A stretch of 64,000 bases of DNA from Candidatus Latescibacterota bacterium (GCA_965197905.1 CBDAOB010000003.1:352001-416000), one strand, 5' to 3'; shown: positions 1 to 10,246, numbered from the stretch's first letter. Translations and numbers: made by a program. Notes: a model not told the origin generated them from the sequence alone.

Positions 1-1223
1 CGGTAGTCGCCGGGTGGAACCTGCACGCTGAACCGGCCGCTTTCCGAGTGATACTGGTCGAGACATCCGTGCGCGCGCGTTCGCGGCCCCAGATTCGGAG
101 ACTCGGTGTCATGGATGCCGATGAACTGCACTTTGCAGGGGGTGTTGCCATCCTCGTCGCGAATGTCGAAGGCGATGCTGGAAGCGCGAGCCATTTCCAG
201 ACTGAGCGACTGCGAACCACCGGCATCCACCTGGACCGATTGGTGGATCACCGGGCGTCCGGGATCGGTGACCTCGAGGTCGTACGAACCGGGAAGCAAG
301 GCCATCTCGAATCGTCCGGTGTCGTCGGGGTAGGCGATCAACGTGTCCAGACCGCTGCTGAGCAGGATGCGGGCAGTGGTTACCGGGCCGCCGTTCAGAC
401 TGGACACGACCCCCGACAAGATGCCCGTCTCTCCCTGTCGCATCGCTACTAGGCCGAAGGCCTCAGCCGGCGAAGTGCCGACAGCTAGAAATCGCCGCAA
501 CGTGACCTCGTCACCCGGTTCTAGTTCGAGGGTGTCTGTCGGCGCGTTGCCGATCCAACCAAAAGCGTAACCGGTCTTGTCCGCCGGATCGATGGCATCT
601 CCCACCATGTTGTAACCCACCTTTCGCAGATCCGACAACCACCGGATCTGGTCTCCGGTCGCGACCTGATGAGTTGAATCAGCCTCGTTGCGCATAGTCG
701 TGTCGATGAGCAGACCTTGCACATCATCCTCGAGGCTGTAGACATGCCGTTTGTAGAGGCCGTTGTTGTTGGCGGCGGAGATAACCGATTCGATGCTCGC
801 CTCTCCCGATTCGCCATTATCCAAGATCTGAACGTGGGTGACGTCCCCCCTCTGATCGAGAGGGGCAAACAGGGTCAGCTGGTCGTTGCCGTCGCCGCGC
901 AGGGAGAGGTCGTACACGCATCCGGGTGTGATATCCGCCCAATGGGTTAGCATGTTTGCTTTGCGTCGGGGCAGATCGCCAGAGATGGTCGCCTCGATCA
1001 GGTCGTTTCGTATCACGAAATCACCGAGGATGCCATCTGCCTCCTTGCCGGAGGGTAATTCCCGCTTGTTGGCCTCACCGACCTCGAACGCTTCTACCGC
1101 GAGGACCGAGGAAGCGGCCAAAAGCAGGGCAATCGATATCTGAATTGCGAGCGACGCAATTGATACTGCTGGGAAAACACCTGATCCATCACCGCGTCCG
1201 CGTTGAGAGTTCGTGGCGACCAT
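1..1223 (-). CDS. Secreted CehA/McbA-family metallohydrolase-like protein, N-terminal part (runs off window start; missing from ORF track)
   Basis: Manual translation from ATG at 1223 (GGAG upstream) is open to base 1: signal-like ISIALLLAASSVLA, ELPSGKEADGILGDFVIRND, TPCKVQFIG, RAHGCLDQYHSESGRFSVQVPPGDY. The catalytic domain would lie outside the window. Confidence 0.75.
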   Translation of the reverse strand, partial: MVATNSQRGRGDGSGVFPAVSIASLAIQISIALLLAASSVLAVEAFEVGEANKRELPSGKEADGILGDFVIRNDLIEATISGDLPRRKANMLTHWADITPGCVYDLSLRGDGNDQLTLFAPLDQRGDVTHVQILDNGESGEASIESVISAANNNGLYKRHVYSLEDDVQGLLIDTTMRNEADSTHQVATGDQIRWLSDLRKVGYNMVGDAIDPADKTGYAFGWIGNAPTDTLELEPGDEVTLRRFLAVGTSPAEAFGLVAMRQGETGILSGVVSSLNGGPVTTARILLSSGLDTLIAYPDDTGRFEMALLPGSYDLEVTDPGRPVIHQSVQVDAGGSQSLSLEMARASSIAFDIRDEDGNTPCKVQFIGIHDTESPNLGPRTRAHGCLDQYHSESGRFSVQVPPGDY

Positions 1224-1304
1224 GACATTTCTCCGGGTTTGATTCGAAGGTTACTCGAAAACTCTCGTCATCGGGATAAACAATGGCAAGCTGAAATGCT
1301 AGCT

Positions 1305-1378
1305 GGCCGTGCCCGAACCGCGAAGCGGTTGCGCGAAGGCGCGCCAGCGCCGAAGCCGGACACGGACGTGTTACGCGC
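1305..1378. repeat. Branched palindromic attC-like element, copy A
   Basis: Outer stem ccgtgccc/ggacacgg, inner hairpins aaccgcgaagcggtt and ggcgc-gcca-gcgcc; aligns closely with 10247-10335. Confidence 0.65.
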
Positions 1379-1469
1379 TGGCGGACAACTCTCCTCAAGT
1401 AGCGACTAACTAACGATAAGTCCGATTAACCTCGTATGCGAGTGTCGGATTCCAGCTGCGATTGCCACC

Positions 1470-1877
1470 TCAGTAGTAACAACCCAATACTCTCTTCGTC
1501 GACCGCTCGTAGAGCCACAGTCTCCTGAAAGGCCGTCGGCTTCCTCCACTCAGGAGTAGATCGACTTCCAACTGCTTCAAGCTATCGACTGCGCCTGGAG
1601 CTGGCTCAGGCTGTGGATAGCTCTCACAGTGGAGGAGCAAATCCACCGGCATCTCCGAACCTGGGAGTTCCATGTATTCATTGTACACCGGTGGAAGACC
1701 GCCTCCGGGAGGCACTTCGGCGATTTCGATCGCTACGATTTCATCGTCGTTCCAGCGAGCCCTGAATGCCGGCCTAGCAGAGGGGTGTTCCTCAATCGAG
1801 GCGAGATCGAACTCGACCCGCTCCGCGTCGCAGAACTCGAGGAGTATCTGACGTAGGACATCGAGGTCTTCAGTCAC
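1470..1877 (-). CDS. Hypothetical protein (cassette-like)
   Basis: 135 aa acidic, globular-looking ORF with GAGG upstream; co-oriented with neighbours; no family recognised. Confidence 0.55.
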   Translation of the reverse strand: MTEDLDVLRQILLEFCDAERVEFDLASIEEHPSARPAFRARWNDDEIVAIEIAEVPPGGGLPPVYNEYMELPGSEMPVDLLLHCESYPQPEPAPGAVDSLKQLEVDLLLSGGSRRPFRRLWLYERSTKRVLGCYY

Positions 1878-2014
1878 TCTTGCCTCTTGATCTTAGAGAA
1901 AGTGCCCTGCGGACTAAACAGACGCAGTGCAGTTGCCACGGACGCAGTACTCACTGACTTCGTGACTCTCACACTCAGCCTCCGGAGAAACCCCGGCGAA
2001 TCAGCTTGCGAGTA

Positions 2015-2640
2015 AGACTTCTATGTAAAGAAGAAAATGTAATACGTCTATGCGGCCACGCACTCACGAGCTGTCGGCACTCGATAAGGGCTTCCGCTCC
2101 TCCACACAGCATAGACGATATCGACCATTCGCCGTTTCAGACATCTGAATGCGTGCTTCGATGTTTTGCCTTCGGCTTTCTTTTTCACCAGATACGCCTG
2201 AGCGAGCGGAGTGTATCGGCTCTGTACCTGGGCAATCATGTGGAATATTGAATTCAGGCGACGATCTCCTTTCGGATTGACGCGATGATAGTAGTTGCCT
2301 GCAGTGCCCGCACGCAGTGGTGCCAGCCCCGCATGATGCGCCAACGATGCCGACGATGCGGTCCACTCAATGTGGCGGACACGAGCAATGAGCTGGCCCG
2401 CCCGTAGGATGCCAATGCCCTGTATGGAGAGTAATGAGGGGGCTAAACGCTCGACCAACGGAGTTAACTGTCCCTCCAGCTGTTGGATCTGCTCGCGCAA
2501 GGATCCAATGAGGCCGGCCAGTTGGCGCACGATCGTTACGCGCGTGGCCCGAATCGGGTCGCGCTTGGGTGACTCCAGGTACACCTGCTCATGAGTTGTC
2601 ATCACCGCCGAGCAGAACGGGGACAACATCTCGACGTTCG
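2015..2640 (-). mobile_element. IS110-family transposase, C-terminal half only (truncated)
   Basis: SLLSIQGIG...AGLAP...HRVNPKGDRRLN...YLVKKKAEGKT...CLKRR is the IS110 C-terminal domain; no DEDD N-terminal domain upstream. Boundaries approximate. Confidence 0.85.
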
Positions 2641-2955
2641 CCTTCCGCCTCTTGTGACGCAACCTCATAAGCACCAGAGAAGCGAATGTATCCTGCCGCC
2701 ACAACTAGTCGAATGGGTTTGTTTCGAAGAATGAGGTCGAGAACCTGTAGTATAATGCAGATTTCGCGCGAAATTCTTTATTATAATACAGTTTGCCAAC
2801 CTTGCGTCAGACATGGCGAGACCGTCTGGAAGGTTCAGGACCGAAGGACCAGTTGGATTCCCCGCTAACCGACTCTGGCGTCCCTCCGTGCGGTTGATTA
2901 TCCCATTGCCTTGTATCATGCCTTTGCCATCACCTTAATTCATAAGGAGTCCCCC

Positions 2956-3258
2956 ATGTCCAGACCACACGACCGGGGCGGCATGGCTGCCGGCTCCATC
3001 GATACCAGCGAACACGACCTGGCTCAGTGGGAGAAAAATACGCACGCCCTGATGGGCATTCTCTCCGGTGACCTCAAGCTGATCGGCGGCAGTCGTGCCG
3101 CGATCGAAAGTATCCCGCCCGATACTGCCGATATGCGCTATCTCGTCGTCCCGCAGCGTCCATCAGGTACGGAAAATCTCACAGAAGAAGAACTGGCCGA
3201 CCTCGTTACCCGTGACAGCATGATTGGCGTTGCCAAAGCCCTCTCGCCAGGAGAATAA
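2956..3258 (+). pseudogene. In-frame fusion of nitrile hydratase beta-like N-terminus and alpha-subunit C-terminus
   Basis: [24 protein letters not shown] (beta-like) joined to [34 protein letters not shown] (alpha C-terminus); the cysteine metal-binding motif is absent. Confidence 0.75.
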
Positions 3259-3676
3259 TCTTGCTTTCCCGCCTCTCCTTCGCGCTATTGGTGGGACGAG
3301 GCGTTCGGATGCCGGCGTGCACGGATAGTGCTCGCCACTGTATATCCGATTCCGCACCCTTTTGTGTCGTAACTAACGCGCCTCGATTCCGAGCCTGGGT
3401 TTCGCACATTTGCGTCATGGTAAATTGCCAGCGTTCCCGAGACGAAAAGACGCCTGTATTCCAGCTAGTCGCCCAAATGGGGAGCACTGATACCTACTCG
3501 ATCAATAAGGAGGCGAGCGCTGCCGACACGAACCATCTGCAAAACCGTGCGTGCCATGAACACGTAATACACGACCAGGATCAACGCGCCCAACCCCGTC
3601 GTCCAAATGACCGCCGGCGTAATCAAATCCACAGTGATGCTACCTTGCCTTCACAATTCACGAAGCCGAAGAATCA

Positions 3677-4555
3677 TTAGGTGTTTACATATTTTTCGAT
3701 GTTCTGTTTTAACCCTTCATTGCAATCATACTTTTCGTCATAGCCCAAGGTACTACGGATATTTGCCGTATCGACGTACCACGCTTGATCGTAGTCACAT
3801 TTATCTTCAATAGACGGATCAAGAATAATCTCACCTTCCCAATTCAAATGCGATCCTATTTTTCGACACCACTCTTCTTCCGTGTAATGAACGGGTTCAG
3901 CAACGTTGAATATTTGCTTACCGTTCTGGTTGATGCCAAGTGAAACGGCGTATCCACAATTTGTATTTAGGGCACGTGAAAATCTCCACTTTGCATCCTT
4001 AGGATGCATTCTTACAACATTGTCCTGTTGAATTTGATCTACGTATCCTTTGATTCTAAAGGTATCAGGCCATCCGTAAATGGCCGGGAGTCTAAATACT
4101 GTGACGTCCGTGTTTAGGGATAAATATTGCTTCTCAACATTCAGCTTGTCATAACGCTTGCCATCAGCTGTTAGTACTGTTCGAAGTTCATCTACTTCTC
4201 TGATTGGACACTGCTGATAAGGCGGGGACTCGATACGATGAAGAATATTGTGGGCCTTGTAGATATCGATGCTTGAGCACGCGATCAACGGCTTTCTTAT
4301 TTCTTCAATGATTTCACCCAATGCAATTGCTGCTTCTTCGGTCATTGGTATCATATCGATGATAATATCAGGATTAACTTCTATGATTTTTTCGCGTAAT
4401 ATCTTATTGTCGCGCCTGTCACATTGTATTCCTTCGCCACCGGATGGATTAACCCCTCTTCTATTGAGGCAAATTGTTTCATGACCTGCGGCTCCAAGCT
4501 CTTCTGTGACATAGGGTCCGACCAAGCCAGTGGCACCAATAATAAGAATTCTCAT
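3677..4555 (-). CDS. NAD-dependent epimerase/dehydratase family protein
   Basis: MRILIIGATGLVG Rossmann motif, SSIDIY, YDK, RLPAIYG; AT-richer than its flanks. Confidence 0.9.
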   Translation of the reverse strand: MRILIIGATGLVGPYVTEELGAAGHETICLNRRGVNPSGGEGIQCDRRDNKILREKIIEVNPDIIIDMIPMTEEAAIALGEIIEEIRKPLIACSSIDIYKAHNILHRIESPPYQQCPIREVDELRTVLTADGKRYDKLNVEKQYLSLNTDVTVFRLPAIYGWPDTFRIKGYVDQIQQDNVVRMHPKDAKWRFSRALNTNCGYAVSLGINQNGKQIFNVAEPVHYTEEEWCRKIGSHLNWEGEIILDPSIEDKCDYDQAWYVDTANIRSTLGYDEKYDCNEGLKQNIEKYVNT

Positions 4556-5237
4556 TTTGAGCCTGCCTCATTGAGTTTCGAATTTGTACATTTCTTGCGA
4601 AGTGGTGACGCGAATGCCATCGATCGAAAGGTCCGGGGCCGCCTCGATACTCCGTGAATCCGATGGCCAACCAGATCGGTACCCCGGGGGCGAACTGTAG
4701 GCCGGCACACATCACCGCGTCCAAACTTCGGTGCAGTCGCCGTCGGGAAGAGTACAGCCGGCTCTTGACGGTTTGGACCGGCACTCCGATGGCGTCCGCG
4801 ACCTGCTGTTGTGAGTAACCTTCGATGTAATACAGGCGAGTGGCTTCGCGCTCGCGGTCCGGAAGCGCCGCAATTCGCTCGGCTATTTGGCGCCGGAGGT
4901 CGCTGTCGATCAGCTGTCGTTCGGGGTCCGGCTCGTCTGAAGGCTGATTCTCGATCACTGCCAGCGGGACCGTTATCGGACTCTTTCGACGCCGCATACG
5001 ACTGCAGTGAGTGCCGACCAGGCGGAGCAGCCAGGCCGGAAACGCGCCCGGGTCCCGCAGTTGATCCATCTTTTGATAAGCTGTCGCGAACGCCTCCTGA
5101 GTGGCATCGTGGGCGAGGTGCGGGTCGTTCAATAGCGCGCACGCGCGTCTGTAAGCCAAACTGTAGTACTGCCCAACGAGCGCGTCGAACGACTTCCTGG
5201 ACAGTCCCTCTGTATCTGAATATGTCTCGCTGCTCAT
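4479..5237 (-). CDS. ECF sigma-70 family RNA polymerase sigma factor (C-terminal tail possibly read-through)
   Basis: AHDATQEAF..AY..QLRDPGAFPAWL (region 2); LPDREREATRLYYIEGYSQQQVADAIGVPVQTVKSRL (region 4); AAGGAG RBS. Confidence 0.9.
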   Translation of the reverse strand: MSSETYSDTEGLSRKSFDALVGQYYSLAYRRACALLNDPHLAHDATQEAFATAYQKMDQLRDPGAFPAWLLRLVGTHCSRMRRRKSPITVPLAVIENQPSDEPDPERQLIDSDLRRQIAERIAALPDREREATRLYYIEGYSQQQVADAIGVPVQTVKSRLYSSRRRLHRSLDAVMCAGLQFAPGVPIWLAIGFTEYRGGPGPFDRWHSRHHFARNVQIRNSMRQAQNENSYYWCHWLGRTLCHRRAWSRRS

Positions 5238-5274
5238 CGAGAACTCCTTTGGAATGAGTATAGATCCCTACATA

Positions 5275-5305
5275 TATAGAACCGGTGATGGCGCCAATGG
5301 TTGGA
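5275..5305 (-). promoter_or_regulatory. Possible ECF-type (auto)promoter
   Basis: Minus strand CAACC-N16-GTTCTA about 40 bp upstream of the sigma start; resembles AAC-containing ECF promoters. Confidence 0.3.
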
Positions 5306-5615
5306 ATAGAATTCGTGGCGATCCCGGAAAATGGTGGCTGTCCGCCGCCGATAATTTCATGTCGCGTCATGCCGAGTGCGGATGCCGACCCCGAACACGA
5401 CCTAGATTACCACATGTTAGCTGCTACAGCCTGTACACTTGACTCATGGGCAGAAACGGTCGATCTGCATCATTCGAAATGTTGCTTACCTGCGCCGACA
5501 TCCGAGCGCCTCGTCCCAGCGAAGCGGGCGCCGGAGTCCCGCGCCGATCGACGCGCAGTGGAATTGGTGTGATATATGCCGTGTTTTGGGTTCTCACCAA
5601 AGTTTGGGTGCCGAG

Positions 5616-6367
5616 TCAACGCAGACCGATGTACAATGCAAAAGCACTGAGCTTCCACAGAACATCGGTTTTCCTAAACCCAGCTTGTTTCAACAGATTC
5701 ATATGCTCGAATAACGGTAACGGATTGTCTTCGATAACCGCACCACGTAGGATGCCTGTTGCTGCCTCTTCACCAAAGGCCTGCTCCAAATGGCCACCCC
5801 AGTCTTGGAATGCAAGCATCGTAAGATCCAGGTCTGCGCCATATACGTGGTCGAGGCACACGAAAATACCGGCAGGTTTTAGCGAGCATGGATCTTCTGA
5901 TAGAGATCATGATAGCTCGATATCGATCGACCATGACAGATAGAGAAGGTTGAAAGAACGCAATCATATGTAGATCGAGCTAGCCGGAGTTTTGGATCAA
6001 ACATATCCCCCACGACAGTCTCGAATCTTCCATCATTCGCCGCCAGAACTTCCTGAGCGACATCCAGCTGACGTTCGGACACATCGAGCAGAGTGATATG
6101 CGCCTCGGGGAATGCCTCAAGGATACGGGCAGACAGACGGCCAGCCCCCGCCCCCATGTCCAGGAACTTACGCGAGCCTTGGAGGTGTTGAATCGATCGA
6201 ATTAGTAGGGTGTGCGCGTAGGCTGCCTGCGGACATATTTTGTCGAGTGCCGATGCGTCATAAACGTCTCTCTTTCGGAAGTGGGCATTGACTTCCTCCT
6301 GAGTCTCTTTCGCGTCTAGCCCCTGGGCAAGCATAGAGCGTAACTGTTCAACGTCTTCTTCCCGCAT
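5616..6367 (-). pseudogene. Class I SAM-dependent methyltransferase, frameshifted near 5880
   Basis: FLDMGAGAG motif I and YDCVLSTFSICH in 5879-6367; continuation CLDHV...LKQAGF..TDVLWK in 5616-5861. Confidence 0.8.
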
Positions 6368-6393
6368 CAGTCTACAGTCCTGTCGGACTCATG

Positions 6394-6497
6394 GTCTAAC
6401 TCGATCCATGTCATATATCGATTTGCCTTGCGCGAACCTGCGAAGCAGGTTGGGCCAAAGCCCGTCAGGGCTGAGCCGCGCAAGGTCCAGTTAAGCG
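6394..6497. repeat. Branched palindromic attC-like element, copy B
   Basis: Outer stem ccttgcgc/gcgcaagg, inner aacctgcgaagcaggtt and agccc-gtca-gggct; GTTAGAC on the minus strand at 6394-6400 just upstream of the next gene. Confidence 0.65.
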
Positions 6498-6545
6498 CCG
6501 TGCCTCTGACTTGATTGTGTTTCACGGCCAAGTGTCTTGGTTAGG

Positions 6546-7211
6546 TCAAGCGTACCGAAATGCCTCGAGTCTTCGGGACCAGTTCTGCAATGCCACTTGA
6601 CTCTCGGATAGTTCGTTCCAGCGTTGATAGGTCAGATTTCCGATGATCCCGTAAAGGGCGAAATCTATGTAAACGGGAACTTCTCCCAGGAGAAAGGGAG
6701 AGTGGCGCAATGTCTGTTCGAACCGATGCAAGAGTCGGTCCACTTCAACTCGCAACTGTGTCCTCTCCCGACGCCAGGTGTCCACGCATCCCCGGCCGAA
6801 TCGACATTCCTTGTGTCGAATCACCTGACTGCGGGCCACTAGGTCATCAATCATGTCAACGTAGGGAGGATCGACCAACTTGAATGTCACATCCTCCAGT
6901 TTCTCTTCAATATGTTCGAGCAAGATCTCTTGGATCCCTCTTGTTGCCTCCGGGAAAAGTCGTCCTTTGCCCCACTTTTCTTCTATGTATTGAGCAATGT
7001 CCTGGCTGTTTGCGGTTGATTCCCAGACTGATTCTCCACCGTCTCGCAGTAACGGGACTTGATAGTATTCGCCGTCGGTCAACTCCATGATAGCGGAGCG
7101 GTCCCAGTTCGGAACTTCGACGCGTTCGTAGTCGACCTTTAAACTGTCAAGGGCCCGAGTAACGGGGATGCAGAAAGGGCTGTGGGCCATCTCATAGATT
7201 ACCAGATTCAT
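6546..7211 (-). CDS. Glutathione S-transferase family protein
   Basis: HSPFC, YQVPLL, SQDIAQY, PFLLGEVPVYIDFALYG motifs. Confidence 0.9.
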   Translation of the reverse strand: MNLVIYEMAHSPFCIPVTRALDSLKVDYERVEVPNWDRSAIMELTDGEYYQVPLLRDGGESVWESTANSQDIAQYIEEKWGKGRLFPEATRGIQEILLEHIEEKLEDVTFKLVDPPYVDMIDDLVARSQVIRHKECRFGRGCVDTWRRERTQLRVEVDRLLHRFEQTLRHSPFLLGEVPVYIDFALYGIIGNLTYQRWNELSESQVALQNWSRRLEAFRYA

Positions 7212-7463
7212 GCATCTCTCCTATCTGAGTATTCCGCTACGCATGCTTACATGGAATGGCGCTTAACTTCCTCAAGACGAACCGTCGGTCCTGGCACCAT
7301 GCCGAAACGGTTCCATAGACGCACCAAACGTGCGGATACTAGTGGACAGTCACAAGCGGCATCCGAACGCTTCGTCCCAGCGACAGGGAAGCGATTTCTG
7401 TGGTAGTTTTGCGATCAGAAAAGCGATGCAGAGGCGACCATCACGCTTCTGTTCTTCGTTTTT

Positions 7464-7764
7464 TCAGGGTTTGACGGCCTGAGCAAAGAACAGACTCTGA
7501 GAATAATCGTCATACACCTTCCACTTGTGGATTTCGAAACCTGCTGTCTCGACTTCCTGAATCAAACTCTCTGGCAAGCCCCAATAACGTGTCGCAATGC
7601 CATCCTCTATCTTGCATCGGGTCACAGAATCAAACGGATAATCTGCATTCTTCGGCTCACCACACTTTGTCATCACGATGAATAAACCCTGAGACTTCAA
7701 CACACGATACACATTCTCCAAGAAAGTAATGCGATCTTCGCCGATGATACAATGCAAGCAAAGC
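7464..7764 (-). pseudogene. Class I SAM methyltransferase, C-terminal fragment
   Basis: LCLHCIIGEDR..FLENVYRVLKSQGLF..EVETAGF; N-terminus replaced by group II intron sequence. Confidence 0.7.
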
Positions 7765-8466
7765 GTTGGCTTTCGCCATAGCCCTCAGTCCGACTCCCAT
7801 CGCTACGTTTCCAGTTCCCGCCGCCTCAAACCGGACGTGCGGATCTCCCGCATCCGGCTTCCCGACGAACGTCACATCCAGGCACACGCCACAAGGACTT
7901 CACCTGGTAGTCAAGCTGCTTCCGATGCATACTAGTCTTACTGCTGGAGGCAATAGGCTCACGCCACTCTCCAACCCTCTGCACTTCCGCAGCATGTCCG
8001 AAGTCAGGCCCCTTCCCTCCACCGGAGTTACCCGGCTTCCTCGGTACTACGCGCCTGTCCGCCACCTCATCCAGCCCAGTCTGGCCCTCGCGGGTTACCG
8101 GTTGGAGGCACTCGCTGCTTCCACCGGATGAGGCTTCCCGTGTTGCGCCACATCTCCTCTTACACACATGCTGTCGCCACTACCCCGGCGGAACAGCTGG
8201 GTGCGCTTGTCGCTCGACTTCCCCAGCTGCAGCGGCCTTCCCTGGTTTACGGGCAGGTCGGCTTCCGCATTACACTTTTCGAGGCCTGCTCAGCGTTTAC
8301 TCACGTTACGGCCTGTGTGCTCGCCAAGTCGCCCAAGGCGACCCTCTACACCGGAGGCTTCAGCGGCTTCGTCGCCTCCACCACTGCTCCGATTGCTACC
8401 GGCTGGAGCGACCCTTGCCGGGTGGGATTCGCACCCACTGAAGATGTGCGCCTTAGCACGGCGCAC
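7765..8466 (-). mobile_element. ORF-less group II intron, 3'-truncated in domain VI
   Basis: 5' end GTGCG at 8466; domain V AAGCCGGATGCGGGAGATCCGCACGTCCGGTTT at about 7828-7860; only about 700 nt long with no RT ORF; no terminal AY found. Confidence 0.9.
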
Positions 8467-8526
8467 CGCAAACGGGTTGTTACCCGAAGTATACCCCGTT
8501 CAAGAAGTAGCCCGACATTCCAGGCA

Positions 8527-8883
8527 TTACTTTGTCCGCTCTCGAGGAATGATACGAATTGCGTCATCTAGCCGCTTTGACAGGGGTGCTAAATTTGATC
8601 CTGACCTTGGATCAACTACGAGGATCTTGTAGTCAACTGTAGTATCGGGATAAACTTGAACGATCTTGTAGTCGATGGAGGAATCCGGCTTAACGACGCT
8701 TATAGAATACGCAACGCCCGATTCAGGCACATGTAGTCGAGGCAGTTGTTTCAAAGCATGCTCAACCCTTTCTACTGAGGCGGAGTCACCTTGAACGACG
8801 AGGGGTAACGGAGCTTCAGTTGGCTCGCCACAGCCACTGACGGAAATTGCCCCTATAGTTAGCATCCGAATTGCTCTTCTCAT
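8527..8883 (-). CDS. Small putative lipoprotein, hypothetical
   Basis: MRRAIRMLTIGAISVSGC lipobox-like start at ATG 8883; internal repeat PDSSIDYKI/PDTTVDYKI. The longer ORF start lies within intron sequence. Confidence 0.65.
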   Translation of the reverse strand: MRRAIRMLTIGAISVSGCGEPTEAPLPLVVQGDSASVERVEHALKQLPRLHVPESGVAYSISVVKPDSSIDYKIVQVYPDTTVDYKILVVDPRSGSNLAPLSKRLDDAIRIIPRERTK

Positions 8884-8911
8884 TGTCGTTTCAATCTTCT
8901 CATATTTCGGG

Positions 8912-9075
8912 ATCACGGTAGGACGACCGGTTACCCGACCGCCCCCGCACAGATCCCGGCGAGCGGAATTACCGCACCGGGCTCTTCGAAGGTATTCGCT
9001 TGCGCACCCACACACCATCAGGAGGCGAGCTCAGTAATGCGTGGTGACACTAGGTGAAAGTGGTCCAATACCTGC
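8912..9075 (-). mobile_element. Second group II intron, 3' remnant (possible RT tail, domains V and VI)
   Basis: GAGCCCGGTGCGGTAATTCCGCTCGCCGGGATCTGTGCGGGGGCGGTCGGGTAACCGGTCGTCCTACCGTGAT is D5+D6 ending in AT; sequence differs from intron 1. Upstream boundary approximate. Confidence 0.88.
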
Positions 9076-9598
9076 ACGCACCGAAATTTGGCTCGTCGGG
9101 GTCAAATTTTCGACTTGTAGGTAAAGCAAGTCGCAGCTCAGTGTGCCTATAGCCCGTAACCTCTGGCGATCGCGATTTCACGATTTCCATTCCGTGCTTC
9201 CGATATAGGTTGATTGCCGGGTCGTTACCAAGTCGGGCGAGTGTCCATGCGTCCGGGCCGAGGGCATTCATGGCCTCGGTCATCATTCGGTTGCCAATGC
9301 CACGCCGGTGATATTCCGGATCGACGTAAAGCCAGGACAAGTAGCCGCTGCCGCGCCACTCACCGCGATCCCGCCAGGCGACGAATCCGACGATCCGACC
9401 ATCAACGCATGCAACCAAGGTAGAATTAAGATTCAAAAACTTGTCTATGTCCTCTTCGTCCGGCAATGGTCGAAAGGTATTGGGCTCGTCATCACTCAAA
9501 AGAAGTTCCTGAATTGCGGCCAGTCTATAGACTTCACAGACCGCTCCCCAATCTTCAGGTTCAATTGCGCGAATATTGACATCGGTTCGCGTCATCAT
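9050..9598 (-). CDS. GNAT family N-acetyltransferase
   Basis: IVGFVAW, LSWLYVDPEYHRRGIG, NDPAINLYRKHG. Confidence 0.9.
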   Translation of the reverse strand: MMTRTDVNIRAIEPEDWGAVCEVYRLAAIQELLLSDDEPNTFRPLPDEEDIDKFLNLNSTLVACVDGRIVGFVAWRDRGEWRGSGYLSWLYVDPEYHRRGIGNRMMTEAMNALGPDAWTLARLGNDPAINLYRKHGMEIVKSRSPEVTGYRHTELRLALPTSRKFDPDEPNFGACRYWTTFT

Positions 9599-9617
9599 GA
9601 TTTAGAATTATTCTGCT

Positions 9618-9675
9618 GAAAGCTACAGCTCAGCCGCGGTGCTTGTCACCGTCGGCTGCAGTGCCTGGTGGCCGT
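9618..9675 (-). repeat. Degenerate short attC-like site
   Basis: ggccaccaggcactgcagccgacggtgacaagcaccgcggctgagctgtag: imperfect palindrome cagccg-a-cggtg/caccg-cggctg with an extrahelical base; core boxes degenerate. Confidence 0.6.
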
Positions 9676-10144
9676 TTATTCCTTTGTCCAGGTCCACTCT
9701 GTACCGGCATGTCGGCCCGAATTCTCCTGGCTCCCGTTCGGTTTCGATAGTGTCGACATATGTCGCCTCGATCAACTCACAGGTCCTCCTGGATGCGTCG
9801 TTATCGGAACGGCAAGTGATCAACAGCGAGTCCAGTCCATGGCTAAGAGCAAGGGGGAACAGGAGGCGGCAACTGCGGGCAGCATATCTGTTCCCACGGT
9901 ATTCCTCCTGAACATCGTAGCTCAGGTTGCCTCCATACTGTTCGAGTCTTTCCGTGCACCGGGTCCTGAGGCAGATGCTGCCGATCGTCGCGCCGCTGCC
10001 AATAAGCCGCATCTCGAAACGGTACTCGGGCACCCGTCCCTTCTCAGAATCGAGCGGAAGCGTCTCGGTCAGGACAAGCTCAAGATCTCCGTCGACCAAG
10101 TGTCCTGGATCGTGGAATTCGCATTCGGAATTCTTTCGGGTCAT
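9623..10144 (-). CDS. GNAT family N-acetyltransferase reading into a degenerate attC
   Basis: GGNLSYDVQEEYRGNRYA, LITC..DNDASRRTCE; C-terminus HQALQPTVTSTAAEL is what attC arms typically translate to. Confidence 0.88.
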   Translation of the reverse strand: MTRKNSECEFHDPGHLVDGDLELVLTETLPLDSEKGRVPEYRFEMRLIGSGATIGSICLRTRCTERLEQYGGNLSYDVQEEYRGNRYAARSCRLLFPLALSHGLDSLLITCRSDNDASRRTCELIEATYVDTIETEREPGEFGPTCRYRVDLDKGINGHQALQPTVTSTAAEL

Positions 10145-10246
10145 CCGGTATTCTCTGCGGCCAACTTGTGATTGAACAGCGAATATGCAGTATGTCTCCA
10201 GAATATCGGGAGATACACTGCAAGCCCGACTTTACTTTTCCCATTT

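Noticed and set aside
48..1225. Several short plus-strand ORFs
   Set aside because: Antisense shadows of the minus-strand gene 1-1223.
7657..8632. ORFs inside the intron region
   Set aside because: They overlap structured group II intron RNA and have no RT motifs.
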